DNA of 63,976 bases, filler included, from Octopus bimaculoides (GCF_001194135.2; 5 parts of 5 records of this genome joined end to end with filler, not necessarily neighbours in it); one strand, 5' to 3'. Positions 14,386 to 27,106 are shown, counted from the whole stretch's first letter. Notes: a model not told the origin generated them from the letters alone. Numbers and translations: made by a program.

Positions 14386-15103
14386 GGATCTATTTTAAAA
14401 TGGGGGCCACAGTTTTCATTAATGTTTTACGTAGTGTTTTTGGTACCGAAAGACTTTCAAACTTCGTATACTTATCTATTTTGTGTTATAGAACAGAAAA
14501 ATATTTTTGTATGCGAATTTATTTCATGTAAAAAATTGTCTTATTTCGATAATTTCAACCAATCACTGACAAGTATTCAGTTGTTTATATTTACTCCTTT
14601 GGCTGATTAAGCGGTGTAAAACGTATTTAATCTCCATAACTTCTGACATTTGCAGAGAGGCAATTTGCTTTTTTCCTTTTCTTTTTTTTTTCTCTTCGTT
14701 TTATTTTCTTTTTTCTTTTTAAATTTGCTGTTTTACCCTAACCCTAACCGTAGGGTTAGGCTTAGGGTTAGGGTTAGGGTTAGGGTTAGCCTATAATAGA
14801 AAGGTTTATTAGCTACTGCCAGTATGCTTCAGCCATTTTTTGACAAGGAAATAATAATTTTATCACCGATAGAATTGTTTCAGAATCGTTTGTTTATGTA
14901 GTCGGCACTTAATGTATATCAGCTGAATGGACGTCAGTGATTGGTTGAAATTACAGAAATACAACTTTAACATGGAATAACTTAGGAATTTCTTTTTTTT
15001 TTTTAAGAAGACTAAAAGAAAAAGATGTTTTATATGACGCATTCTACCAGTGTTCCAAGTTTCAAAGTGTTTCGTTAAGAAAATACTGTTTTAAAAAAAA
15101 TCC
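14386..15103. mobile_element. Merlin-like non-autonomous DNA element carrying internal telomeric repeats (copy 1, older)
   Basis: Starts GGATC, ends ATCC; perfect 8-bp TSD agtatttt (14378-14385 and 15104-15111); arms match the copy at 59345-59940 in reverse orientation; central CCCTAA/TTAGGG arrays at 14735-14789. Confidence 0.8.
14735..14789. repeat. Interstitial telomeric repeat, divergent (CCCTAA)3/(TTAGGG)6
   Basis: accctaaccctaaccgtagggttaggcttagggttagggttagggttagggttag read directly. Confidence 0.9.
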
Positions 15104-16727
15104 AGTATTTTTTCTGCACCATGTAACTATAAATTCATTTGTCTAAATTTATAAATACCTTTATGATTGTATAAATGTGTTTATCTCCTGAATATATTTA
15201 GTTATTTGTATCAATACATATCTCTCTATATTTTTATGTGCTTCTATATATGTACATGTTTATATGCATATTTATATATATACCAAGCCTAATCCTGTTT
15301 ATCCAAATCAGTTCAACTAGATTTTTTGTGTAGCCAGTTTTATTCCATGGACACAGTCCTCGATAAAGAATTTGGAGTTTAAATTCAAATAATTTGAGCA
15401 CTACTGTGTTTTCTATATTGAGCACCTCTAGCTGTCACCTTTTGACTGTAAGTGTGTATATATACACAGACAGACAGACAAATAGATAGATAGACAGACA
15501 GACAGATAGCTGTATTGATAGATGGATGGAGGGAGGGAGGAATGAATGGATATATGCATATTTGCATATACATATAAATGCACACTACTACTTACATGCA
15601 CACACATAAAGTAGGAGTAAGAAACTACCTGGAGAATTGACTTTCCTGCAATCTAAATGATAAACGTTCTCATCTCATTAAGGTTTTAATTTTAATCAAT
15701 TTAAATTGCTTGCTTTCCTACAAAATAATCAAAGTAGTCTCCAGGTAGACTTTTCCCCTCAGTCACTCTATTCCATAAATAATATAGAACAGTGCAGCAA
15801 CAAACGGTTTACTATCTGTATTACAGCGCAGTACTATGTATACTGCATCCATCAAAATGAATGAGATACACCTAAGAGGGAAATATCTAATGTCGACAAT
15901 ATTAACATAAAACCAAGATGATGACTTTGGTGTAAGATGTTAATGTTTAGTGAACCATGACATGGCAACCATATAAATGGACATACAATTGGAATGCACT
16001 TCTAGACCAATACATTTTACATGTTTGTGGCACCAAATATCAAAAGCAGCTATATGTGAAAGTAACAATTCTAAAATGTTCTCTGATCACATTCTACATA
16101 TTGATGTCAGGAAGAGCAAATAAACTATGTCATATTAATTAGAGCTTTTCATATTCAGCTTCGTTATCAATTAACCTGACTATTGCAACAAATTCTGACT
16201 TAGAACATTGCAATAGTTAGAATATAGTTTCTCATTTCTTCATTTATGGTTTCATACGTTTTCAATTGACAATATCTGCATACTTAAACATACATACACA
16301 CAAACTTGCATTCATGCACACACGCATGTATACATACACGTACACCTACATAGGAATAGAAACATACACAAGCATACATATACATATACACATGCACACG
16401 CTTATACATACACACAAGTCTCTCCTGCAGTTGTTGACCTACAACAGTTTTTAAGCTGAAATTTAACAGCAACAATCATAGAACCTACAAGGACATGATC
16501 TCTGCTATTTCCTGTGCAACATTAACAGGTTAAAAAGAAACAATACAGAAATACATATGTGTCTGTGTATGTGTGTGTGTGTATATGTCCTTTCTCTGTG
16601 TTTACTTGCCCTGTTTTCCTTTCTTTCTCATTGTTTACGTATTTAACTCATTTGTTTACAAATTCCATTTTATTTGCACCGTTGGTGACGTCCTGTATGC
16701 ATATATATATATATATATATATATATA

Positions 16728-16827
16728 NNNNNNNNNNNNNNNNNNNNNNNNNNNNNNNNNNNNNNNNNNNNTTAATTAATTAANNNNNNNNNNNNNNNNN
16801 NNNNNNNNNNNNNNNNNNNNNNNNNNN
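16728..16827. other. Artificial scaffold-join marker N44-TTAATTAATTAA-N44
   Basis: Exactly 44 N + 12-mer + 44 N = 100 bp; the same construct occurs at 34276-34375, 56430-56529 and 62453-62552. Confidence 0.95.
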
Positions 16828-16938
16828 TTTATATATACATATATATATGCATATAGAAAGATAAACAGATAGATAGTTAGGTATAGATTTGTATATATAC
16901 TCATATATATTTGATATGTATATATAATCACACACACA

Positions 16939-16979
<41 letters not shown>

Positions 16980-17477
16980 TTACACAGGTTTGTGTGCATG
17001 TATGTCTGTCTAAAAAACAGTGGTAACCTACCCACACATATATTTATAACAGACAGAATGAAAGCTGTATATTAATAGTCTACTAGTGAAAGTATATATG
17101 CAGTATGTGTGTGTATCTATGGATAGATAGATAGATAATCAACAGCAGTACTTATATCAAACTATATCAACTCTTCATTTAAATATTTCGCGTTGTGTTC
17201 TCTGATGTTATTTATAATTGGCGTTTATTATTGCTGTTGTGTAGTTGTTCTTCTTGCGGGTGCTGCTTCTGCTGCTGCTTTTGTATCAGCTGCTGCTATA
17301 TCTGCTGCTGCTGTTGTTTCTAAAATATCGATGCGAATGTAGAACATGCGCTGGATAATTGTCTGTTTCATGTACGCAGTGAAGGAGTAATATATATATA
17401 TATATATATAAAAGTATACATATATATATATGTATATCTCTAGAGATATTTATAAATTTATATATACACACAAACAC

Positions 17478-17519
<42 letters not shown>

Positions 17520-18619
17520 AAGAGAGAGAGAGATAGAGAGAGGGAGAGAGAAATAGAGACAGATGTATGCACTTATATTATGTAGATAGATAGATAGATA
17601 GATACTTATATAGGTAAACCTATATATATACACTTACATAAGTAATTATCTCTATGTACGTATGCATTCACACATACACAGACATGCATATTCATAACTA
17701 TGCATATTCATAACTATATATATATATATATATATATATANNNNNNNNNNNNNNNNNNNNNNNNNNNNNNNNNNNNNNNNNNNNNNNNNNNNNNNNNNNN
17801 NNNNNNNNNNNNNNNNNNNNNNNNNNNNNNNNNNNNNNNNNNNNNNNNNNNNNNNNNNNNNNNNNNNNNNNNNNNNNNNNNNNNNNNNNNNNNNNNNNNN
17901 NNNNNNNNNNNNNNNNNNNNNNNNNNNNNNNNNNNNNNNNNNNNNNNNNNNNNNNNNNNNNNNNNNNNNNNNNNNNNNNNNNNNNNNNNNNNNNNNNNNN
18001 NNNNNNNNNNNNNNNNNNNNNNNNNNNNNNNNNNNNNNNNNNNNNNNNNNNNNNNNNNNNNNNNNNNNNNNNNNNNNNNNNNNNNNNNNNNNNNNNNNNN
18101 NNNNNNNNNNNNNNNNNNNNNNNNNNNNNNNNNNNNNNNNNNNNNNNNNNNNNNNNNNNNNNNNNNNNNNNNNNNNNNNNNNNNNNNNNNNNNNNNNNNN
18201 NNNNNNNNNNNNNNNNNNNNNNNNNNNNNNNNNNNNNNNNNNNNNNNNNNNNNNNNNNNNNNNNNNNNNNNNNNNNNNNNNNNATATATATATATATAGG
18301 TGGGTGTATCTATGAGATGCGATAATTGGCCTACTATGTATAGCTCCTTAGAAAGTAGTCCTAATCACTGGAAAATTCTCCTCCTTGATTCCAGCATCCT
18401 TAACTCCGTCGTACCCCCATCAATTTCCCGCCTCCTCTTCAACCTGAATCTCTCTTTCCCCTTCTATTTTCTGTGCCCCTCTTTCCTTCCTTTCTCTCTT
18501 TCTGTCTTCTTTCTCACTCTCTTTGTCTCTCTGCCTCTCTCTCTCTGTCTCTCTTTCTCTTTATCGCCTCCTCAGTTTACCGTTTTATATCATTCACTCC
18601 ACACCTTACTCTTCATCAG

Positions 18620-18654
18620 CACACTTTATCATCACCATCATCATCACCACCACC

Positions 18655-18688
<34 letters not shown>

Positions 18689-18714
18689 CCACCACCAAAA
18701 CCACCATCACCACC

Positions 18715-18748
<34 letters not shown>

Positions 18749-18975
18749 CAAGCGTCAGGAGCAATAACAGCAACGTCTGCAGCATGTTCGCCAACAGCAT
18801 CATCACTGTCATCTCGTCGTCATCACCAACGTGCTCGTCGTCGTAGTCATCATCAGAATCACTATCATCATCATCGTCTACGTTGTCACCATCATCATCA
18901 TTACCAACAACAGCTGTTCGAACGATGCAATGATGGTAGTGACAGCGGGTAGGGAGGCAAGGAGAATGGTGCTGA
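18620..18975. repeat. (CAC)n/(CAT)n low-complexity tract
   Basis: Direct reading; source of the poly-His/Pro/Thr ORFs. Confidence 0.9.
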
Positions 18976-19020
18976 TGGTGGTTGTGATGCTTCAAGAATT
19001 AAATGAATCTTCGTCAGCTT

Positions 19021-19124
19021 TGTAACCACATGGTTCTAGGTTCGATCTCACAGCGTAGCCCCGGGCTGAGCAAACCTCTGTGAGTGAATATGATACACGG
19101 AAGCTAAAAGAAGCCCGTCGTGTA
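19021..19124 (+). mobile_element. 5' fragment of family B SINE
   Basis: aaccacatggttctaggttcgatc...gtgagtgaat...aaagaagcccgtcg matches 28819-28960. Confidence 0.6.
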
Positions 19125-19285
19125 ACCGGCCGAAACTGCAAAGATGATCTGGAACTCGACTGAAGATAGGAAGCTCCGAATGACCCGTCTTTGTTTTTTC
19201 CTGTCGTCTAACCGTCCCAATGTTTTGTTGCCTGTTACGTTCTTGTTCCATTTTTCGTTTTCTGTTGTTTTTTTTTATATACGCA

Positions 19286-19340
<55 letters not shown>

Positions 19341-20130
19341 TTTTCAGTCTGTCTGTCTGTCTGTCTGCTTGTCTGGATTTATACATATATCGTTAAAATG
19401 TGTTAAGTATAAGAATGCGGAATCATCGATGGTCTAGCTACATCTGCGGCCGTAAGAAGCTTGTCTCCCTTGTCAGCTCATTATGATAGTTCTTTTGTAG
19501 CTATTGAGTTGATTTGACTCTTGTTTCTAGCAAAACTGGTGCTGATTAATTCCCATTGTTCATTTTAGTGACATATATATGTCTACCTTTAAGGTATAAA
19601 CTTGCGTATTAGTCACCATATCATATATATATATATATATATATGATAAATTTCTAAGCACATGAACTATGAATCTTTTAAGGTAAGTTTGTTTACATTT
19701 GAAAATATCTAAATATTGTCCCCAAATAAGTCAGATAAGACATTTCGTAAATCAGACTAAAATACCCTTATTTTTCCTGAAGAGATCTAACAATATACAA
19801 ATTATTGTATCTTTTAAAGTTATAATTATTGAGGATTCTTAAATATTGTTACATCGAAACATATGTAATACAAATAAAACAAACCCAGCAACTTTTTAAT
19901 TCTTCTTCCCCATTTTCTTTTATTGAGTTTTTAATATTATGAGACTGTTTATATATATTGATGATCTTCATATCAATATATTTGGTTAATATATTTGGTA
20001 TCAGGATTGTCTTTAACAATCCTTTACCTGGATATTACTTCCTCAAACTCTGTATATATATATTATGATTGACCGTTGACTGGACACTATTCAATTTTTT
20101 TTCTCCGTGTTTTTCTCCTTGTCTCCGTAT

Positions 20131-20167
20131 TCTTTCTGTTGAAGAGCGTAGCTCGAAACGTCAAAGA
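20131..20167 (+). ncRNA. Minimal type-I hammerhead-ribozyme-like motif (Penelope-type) in a short repeat
   Basis: TCTTT-CTGTTGA-A-GAGC(gta)GCTC-GAAA-C-GTC-AAAGA: 5-bp stem I, 4-bp stem II, GAAA, GUC site; core has U in place of the conserved A6. Confidence 0.55.
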
Positions 20168-20256
20168 CTTTCCGTATTCCCGAACGTCACACTAATACAT
20201 CCTTTTGTTATTTACACCACCTGTCCTCGTCTGTTGTTGTTTTTTCGTATATTCTC

Positions 20257-20332
<76 letters not shown>

Positions 20333-20346
20333 TCATTATGGAATAT

Positions 20347-21688
20347 CAGCATGCTTGAAGTGCCGATGCCTTCAAAAAAGCTGTCAGAAACTCCAGATCA
20401 ATATCCACATGGCTGAAAGCGAGCTAGTGAGAGAAAATCAAAAAGACCTCACGTTAATGGAGAATTGGTTCCAATTTCTGGATTAAAGCAGAAACATGAG
20501 CCTTCTTCCTTCGTCAATATAATACACGGGGGAAATATAAGTCCAAATAATTGTACATACCGTCCAAAGCGGGTTCACACGTCTACATACAACATCAATT
20601 TTAATGTTCCTCACAACAGCCAACGTGTATATTATAAGAATAGTCAAGCAGTAAATGGTATTCTGATCAGGAGTAAAAATAATTAAATCATTTTATTTTA
20701 ATTTATTAATTCATTATAGAATATAAGGATAAAAATCACGTGAATGATTTTTATCAAGTAGTTAGCATGCTATAAAATTAATAATAATGTACATATGTAT
20801 ATTATTATATGAAGGAAGCCAGGTCGAAACGACCTATCTCCAGTATGCTTGAAGTGCCGATACCTTAAAAAAAAAACCCACCAAAAACTCCAGATAAATA
20901 TCCACATGGCTGAAAGCGGGCTAGTGAGAGAAAATCAATTAATTGTGAATTGGTCCCAATTTCTGGATTAAAGCAAAAAAATAAGCTTTCTTCCTTCGTC
21001 AACACAATATACGAGGGAAAGTTGTTGTTCATTTCGTTCAAAGCAGGTTCACACGTCTACATACAAATATTTGCACGTTTAGATTCAACGAAAGTCAATT
21101 TTAAATCCTCTCACGGCAGACAACGTGTACATTAAAGAATAGTCAAGCAGCAAATGCTATTCCAGTTAGGAGTAAAAATAATAATTATTTTATTTTAATC
21201 TATTAATTCATACTAGAATATAAGGATAAAAATCACGTGAATGATTTTTATCAAGTAGTTAGCATGCTATAAAAATCCGTAGGCAATTTATTCAATAAAT
21301 TAATAATACTGTACATATGTATATAATTATATGAAGGGGGCTAAGGTGAAAACGACCTATCTCGAGCATGCTTGAAGTGCCGATACCTTCAAAAAACTAC
21401 CAAAAACTCCAGATAAATGTACACTTGTCTGAAAGCAGGCTAGTGAGAGAAAATCAAAAAGATCTCACGTTAATGGTGAATTGGTCCCAATTTCTGAATT
21501 AAAGCATGCAAATAAGCCTTCTTCCTTCGTCAGCACAATACACGGGGGAAAATAGAAGTCCATATAATTGTACATACCGTCCAAACCGGGTTCACACGTC
21601 TACATACAAATATTTCCACGTATAGATCCAAGGAAAGTCAATTTTGAATCCTCTCACGACAGCCAACGTGTATATTATAAAAATAGTC
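20347..21688. repeat. Diverged tandem repeat, about 2.7 units of ~495-525 bp
   Basis: atgcttgaagtgccga recurs at 20351, 20845 and 21368 (periods 494 and 523); units align throughout with indels. Confidence 0.9.
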
Positions 21689-22039
21689 TAATTTTTTATT
21701 ACCCATGAAAAGGCTATACAAAGATGCTTGAAGATACAAAAAGACATAAGGCAGTACAAAACATAAACTCGGGGAACTAAAATAACAAAAAGGGAGTTCG
21801 AGTAAGAAGAAAAATAAAGAAAACGAATGCTATTATGAAAGAATAACAAAATGAGGCGCAATGCCCACTGGACCCCCAAAGTCGAGTGGTTACATTAATA
21901 CATGATTTTTGCAGTCTTTTCTCCTTTTCATTTTTAAAATTAAGAAGTTCACATTAATACATGATTTTACGGTCTTTTCTCTTTTTTCATTTTAAAAATT
22001 AAATATTCACCTGTTGATTTTCTTTTTATATCCTCATAC

Positions 22040-22480
22040 CTCCACAACAGACGGCGGAGTGTCACACAACCATATCACGTCTAACATTTTTACAACTCTT
22101 CCGAATGTATCCAAAAATCTCTCGTGCCTGCCGTCATGTACCAAGACACCTTTGTCATTTGCATCAAATTCCTCTCGGGGCAGTTTCACCCTCACCATTC
22201 CTTTCTATTTAGCTATTCTTTTCTCCACCTCTACAATTTTTTTCGTAGACTATCAGCCTACCCTTATAATTACATTCTTCTTCATTTGTTGCTCTTTCCA
22301 CCGCTTGCATACATTTTGTGGCTTCTTCTTGGTTACTGTTGAATGTTCTCTTGTCTTTGCGTTTTCCTTCTGTTGGGGCTGATAAAGCCATCACTCCCCT
22401 CTTTCACCTCGATCCTTTCCTTCTCCTTTACATCACTGACACGCTCAGAATCACTTCTATCCTCTCTTGTTTCAATTTTC
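22040..22480 (-). mobile_element. Degenerate ORF remnant, possibly LINE ORF1-like
   Basis: Purine-rich protein-like frame ...KIVEVEKRIAK*KGMVRVKLPREEFDANDKGVLVHDGRHERFLDTFGRVVKMLDVIW; family not recognised with certainty. Confidence 0.3.
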
Positions 22481-23610
22481 CCTTCCATTGCAGTGTTTGG
22501 TGAAGAAGTCTTCATCCTGTTGGTCTAAAAGTCATCAACAGATACGACGTCATCATCGCTGCGATATTGTTCCCAACCAAGAGTTTTTCATGTTAGGAGA
22601 CAGATAATAATCTGATGGGCCCAAATCAGGGGAATAGGAATTGTGATCAACCAATTCAAATCCGCAGTCACGCACAACAGCTATTGAAACCAAGGCCTTG
22701 TGCGCTGGGACATTGTCCTGATGAAACAAGACCCTCTTCGTCAGTTTTCCTGGGTGTTTGGTCTCGGTAGTCTTTCTGTAACTGCCTCAGCAAGGTAGCA
22801 CAACACTTTCCGTTGATGATGTAGTTCTTTACAAGATAGTCAATAAACACAATGCTTTTTACATCCCAAAAATCTGAACCCATTACCTACCTGTAGTTGA
22901 AATGACCCTGACCATTATTGGGACAGGTGAGGAGGGGGTGTTTCCACTGCATGGATTGCCTCTTTGTCTCTGGCGCAAAGTGATGAAGCAAACACTCATC
23001 CTGGATTAAGAATCGTTCAAGGAAACCAGACGAATCTTCTCAAAGATTTTCGCGTGATGTGATCAACCAGGTGTGCTTTTGATTAGGTATCAGATGAAGT
23101 GGCACCCATCGAGCAGAAATCTTCGTCATGATAAGTTCATTGCGCAGAATATTCCCAACTCTCTCATAGAATCTCCTAATTGCATTGGCTATTTGATTTA
23201 TCGTCATCACCTGTCATCTGTCAGCCTGTGGTGAACGCGATCAATGTTTTCCTCGGAGGTGGCAGTTACGGGATGTCCAGACTGTGGGACATATTCAAAA
23301 CTCTCCTTTCCCCTTCTAAATTCAGATGTCCACATTTGCACTATCAATAAAGCTGGAGCGTCACCGCTTTTGTAGCAACCATGTCAGTATGAATGTCCTT
23401 GGGTGCTAAACCATTTTTTTTCTTTTTGTAGAAACTTGATAAAACCACAAGAGAAGTCGCTACAAGTAATTTTGAAGACTTCTTTGAAGTTAGATGTCAG
23501 TTCACCTGGAAAGAAACAATGCATTTATGAATGAGAGGAGTTGAAATTAATGCATACAAGAGTTCACAGTTCTAGCATCGGCTCTTCATAGTCAGTGTTT
23601 GAACTTGCCA
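22480..23610 (-). mobile_element. Mariner transposon, near full-length, decayed
   Basis: Frameshifted translation includes GLAPKDIHTDMV, SARWVPLHL, FLERFLIQDE..HHFAPETKRQSMQWKHP, FWDVKSIVFIDYL and DCGFELVDHNSYSPDLGPSDYYL (WVP and YSPDL motifs). Confidence 0.9.
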
Positions 23611-25362
23611 TCCCACCTTTCTACGTACATACGTACACATATATATACCTACTTAATTATATATATGCATAAATACATAAATGTATTTGTATTTATGTGT
23701 GCGTGTGTTCATAAATTATATATGTATATATATATGTATATATATTTTGAGAACTGTTCCGTGTACCACACGACAGCAGCAGCAGTTCCAGCGACCACTT
23801 CAACAGCTTCGTCCAGCCAACGATGACCACCGCCGTCGCCACATCAGCAACACGTTTCTACGACTACTACCAAGCAGCCTCTACACCACCAGCGTCAACA
23901 CGACTTACTATGTACACCAAACCAAACCTCCGCGGCACATCTCTCTCTTCGATTCTGTTAGGTGACTCAGCTTCACCACGGTAAATAAACAGAAAAGAGT
24001 TCTTAAACAGACAAGAAATTCTCAGCCAGCGACGAACATCTGTATAACAAGAATCACNNNNNNNNNNNNNNNNNNNNNNNNNNNNNNNNNNNNNNNNNNN
24101 NNNNNNNNNNNNNNNNNNNNNNNNNNNNNNNNNNNNNNNNNNNNNNNNNNNNNNNNNNNNNNNNNNNNNNNNNNNNNNNNNNNNNNNNNNNNNNNNNNNN
24201 NNNNNNNNNNNNNNNNNNNNNNNNNNNNNNNNNNNNNNNNNNNNNNNNNNNNNNNNNNNNNNNNNNNNNNNNNNNNNNNNNNNNNNNNNNNNNNNNNNNN
24301 NNNNNNNNNNNNNNNNNNNNNNNNNNNNNNNNNNNNNNNNNNNNNNNNNNNNNNNNNNNNNNNNNNNNNNNNNNNNNNNNNNNNNNNNNNNNNNNNNNNN
24401 NNNNNNNNNNNNNNNNNNNNNNNNNNNNNNNNNNNNNNNNNNNNNNNNNNNNNNNNNNNNNNNNNNNNNNNNNNNNNNNNNNNNNNNNNNNNNNNNNNNN
24501 NNNNNNNNNNNNNNNNNNNNNNNNNNNNNNNNNNNNNNNNNNNNNNNNNNNNNNNNNNNNNNNNNNNNNNNNNNNNNNNNNNNNNNNNNNNNNNNNNNNN
24601 NNNNNNNNNNNNNNNNNNNNNNNNNNNNNNNNNNNNNNNNNNNNNNNNNNNNNNNNNNNNNNNNNNNNNNNNNNNNNNNNNNNNNNNNNNNNNNNNNNNN
24701 NNNNNNNNNNNNNNNNNNNNNNNNNNNNNNNNNNNNNNNNNNNNNNNNNNNNNNNNNNNNNNNNNNNNNNNNNNNNNNNNNNNNNNNNNNNNNNNNNNNN
24801 NNNNNNNNNNNNNNNNNNNNNNNNNATATATATATATATATAAACAACACACGCACACACATGTAAAGAGGGAGAGGGAGATAAACAGTCAGAACGACAG
24901 ATAGCTAGATAAAGGAATAATTTTTCTGTATGGAAGTAAGCCTCCCTTCGAACAGTGGTTCTGCTCTTTAATAATCTATTAGTTAATCTGTCAGAGTCTG
25001 GTTATACGTTGTCCTATATTCCTGTCCATTTATCTTACTATCTTCTTACCTTTCTATCTATCTATCGATCGATCGATCTATCTGTAAGTCTATGGCTTGA
25101 TCGTATTAGCTATCTACCTATAAGCGCGCGCATGTATGTGTTTCTACTTATACATACACGTATATGTGTTTAGATGTGATTGTTTATATTGATAAATACT
25201 TATGTAGATAAGAATTTACATATATATATATATATATATATGCATGTATGTATGTATATATGTATATATGTATGTATGTATGTATATGTATGCTCCATGT
25301 AAAGATGTCAATATGTATATACATATATGCATATATATTTATATAAGCATATATATGCATAC

Positions 25363-25436
<74 letters not shown>

Positions 25437-25495
25437 TGATTGATTGATTGATATGATGTTATTGGACGCTCAGGAAAGGAAAGAAAAGAAACAGG

Positions 25496-25529
25496 TTTTC
25501 ACGTTTCGAGCGGAGCTCTTCATCAGAAA
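25496..25529 (-). ncRNA. Minimal hammerhead-ribozyme-like motif, probably inactive
   Basis: Minus strand TTT-CTGATGA-A-GAGC(tcc)GCTC-GAAA-C-GTG-AAAA: canonical CUGAUGA and GAAA, but the cleavage triplet is GUG and stem I is only 3 bp. Confidence 0.55.
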
Positions 25530-25595
25530 TATAGAAAATGTCCAAAGAAGGGAAGACGGAGAATGAAAATCGCCAACGATACACACGCGGTTACG

Positions 25596-25626
<31 letters not shown>

Positions 25627-25732
25627 GTATATGTAAATATGTGTATATGTATATATGCGTATATATCGATATCTATGTCTATCTATCTTTGTGTATGTGT
25701 GTGTGTCTGTGTGTGTGTGCGTGTATATCTAT

Positions 25733-25880
25733 TATTATAATCTTTAAAAGGTTAGGTTGCTATAACGCTCACTTCGGTATACAGTATAATTAGTAAAACC
25801 AGGAAAGATGACTGTCTCTGACTGACTACTACATACTCTGGTACTTCACATATTTTTCTTTACCTAATTAATTCCCTACA
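25733..25880 (-). repeat. 3' LTR (with ~55-bp internal deletion relative to the 5' LTR)
   Basis: Begins TGTAGGGAATTA on the minus strand; shares tactctggtacttcac and ataacgc..ttcggtata with 27697-27899. Confidence 0.85.
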
Positions 25881-26389
25881 ACTTCTCTCCTTTTGAGTTT
25901 TTCTTAGGAAGTGTCTTTTTATTTAGCAAATTTTTTAAAAATTCACCCTATATCCCTTTTTCGAGGCTCTTTTTTTTTTTGTACTTCATTCTGGAAAATT
26001 TAATATTTTTTGCGCTTGGCGTCTATTTTCAGGAACTCTGTATGTTTTCTTTTCCTCTCAGTTCAATCCTCTGGGGTCAGTCACTTGCACTGGCATTTGT
26101 ACTTGGAACCTATCATACTGGAAAGGTACAAACATTCTACCGGTGACTCCAACTTCTTTGATTCACTTTCCACGAATCTCTTATTCAGTTGGTTCCTGTG
26201 TCTCTTTTGTATACCTCCTCTACTTTTTACCCAATCCATCATTTTACCTATGCATTTGGTAATTACTTCCCACCTCTGCTTTCGATTGCCCTCATATACA
26301 CCTTTTCACCAACTTTAAAGAATCTTGCTTTGTCGTCCCTGGCTCATTTCCTTTTCTTGCCAGGCAGTAATTTATCAAGGATTGATTTT

Positions 26390-26835
26390 ACTTTCCTTGC
26401 AAACACCAGCTCCGCTGGTAAGCTGCTTGCTGGCGTATTCAGATTTAATGTCACACAGTACACTCTTAAAAATTGTTATAGTGCTACCTCACCCGTGACT
26501 TCTTTATTCAATTTTCAAAGTGGCCTTTAGAACGTATCGACAAAGCGTTCTGCCTGTCCATCAGATCTAGTATGGCGCCGTAGTTGTATGTTCTACCGCG
26601 TACGTTTCACAAAATTTTTCTAAATTCGCTAGACACAAATTGCGTTCCATTGTGAGACACTACCTTGTCTGGGATGCCAAATCTCGCAAACAATTTGTGT
26701 AAAAAAATTTATCATAGTTGAAGAGGTTATTTTTTTTACACTTACAAATTTCTGGTCATTTTGAGACTACTTCTAAGTAGTAAGAACCATTTAAAGAACT
26801 AGCGAAATTGATATGTAGTCTCGACTACGGAACAT
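26390..26835 (-). pseudogene. Gypsy integrase core remnant
   Basis: SRLHINFA..., LFARFGIPDKVVSHNGTQFVSSEFRKFC, GQAERFVDTF (retroviral integrase motifs), with stops and frameshifts. Confidence 0.9.
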
Positions 26836-27106
26836 CTACTTTTGAACAATGTTTACTTTTATCATGGGCAAGTTTTCATTTCGCTTTGGTTTATATACAG
26901 GTGTTCCACTCTGTTTTACTACAATTTTTTGTTTTAGTCCCTCAGTAGCATTCGAATCTTCGACTGAACCGGCTATATTTCTACACTAAACATTTATGGG
27001 TGTATTCCATACGTTGTACAGTTCCATCCATTCTGTGCCGAATAAATTAAGTGAACTTTTTAACACATACATCTTTGCCTTTTTCGTTTACCGTCGACAT
27101 GTTACA

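Noticed and set aside
16728-16827. TTAATTAATTAA islands inside N runs (also at 34320, 56474 and 62497)
   Set aside because: Identical 44N+12+44N construct each time; an artificial scaffolding linker with stops in all frames. Adjacency across these joins is uncertain.
18473-18995. Poly-His, poly-Pro and poly-Thr ORFs (also at 9727-10024, 28383-28737, 58914-59213 and 61186-61525)
   Set aside because: All frames are homopolymeric translations of trinucleotide microsatellites, with no splice or domain support
23751-23984. 78-codon stop-free, GC-richer frame (ELFRVPHDSSSS...RFYDYYQAAS...)
   Set aside because: C/A-rich degenerate trinucleotide sequence keeps several frames open; there is no good acceptor and no recognisable domain
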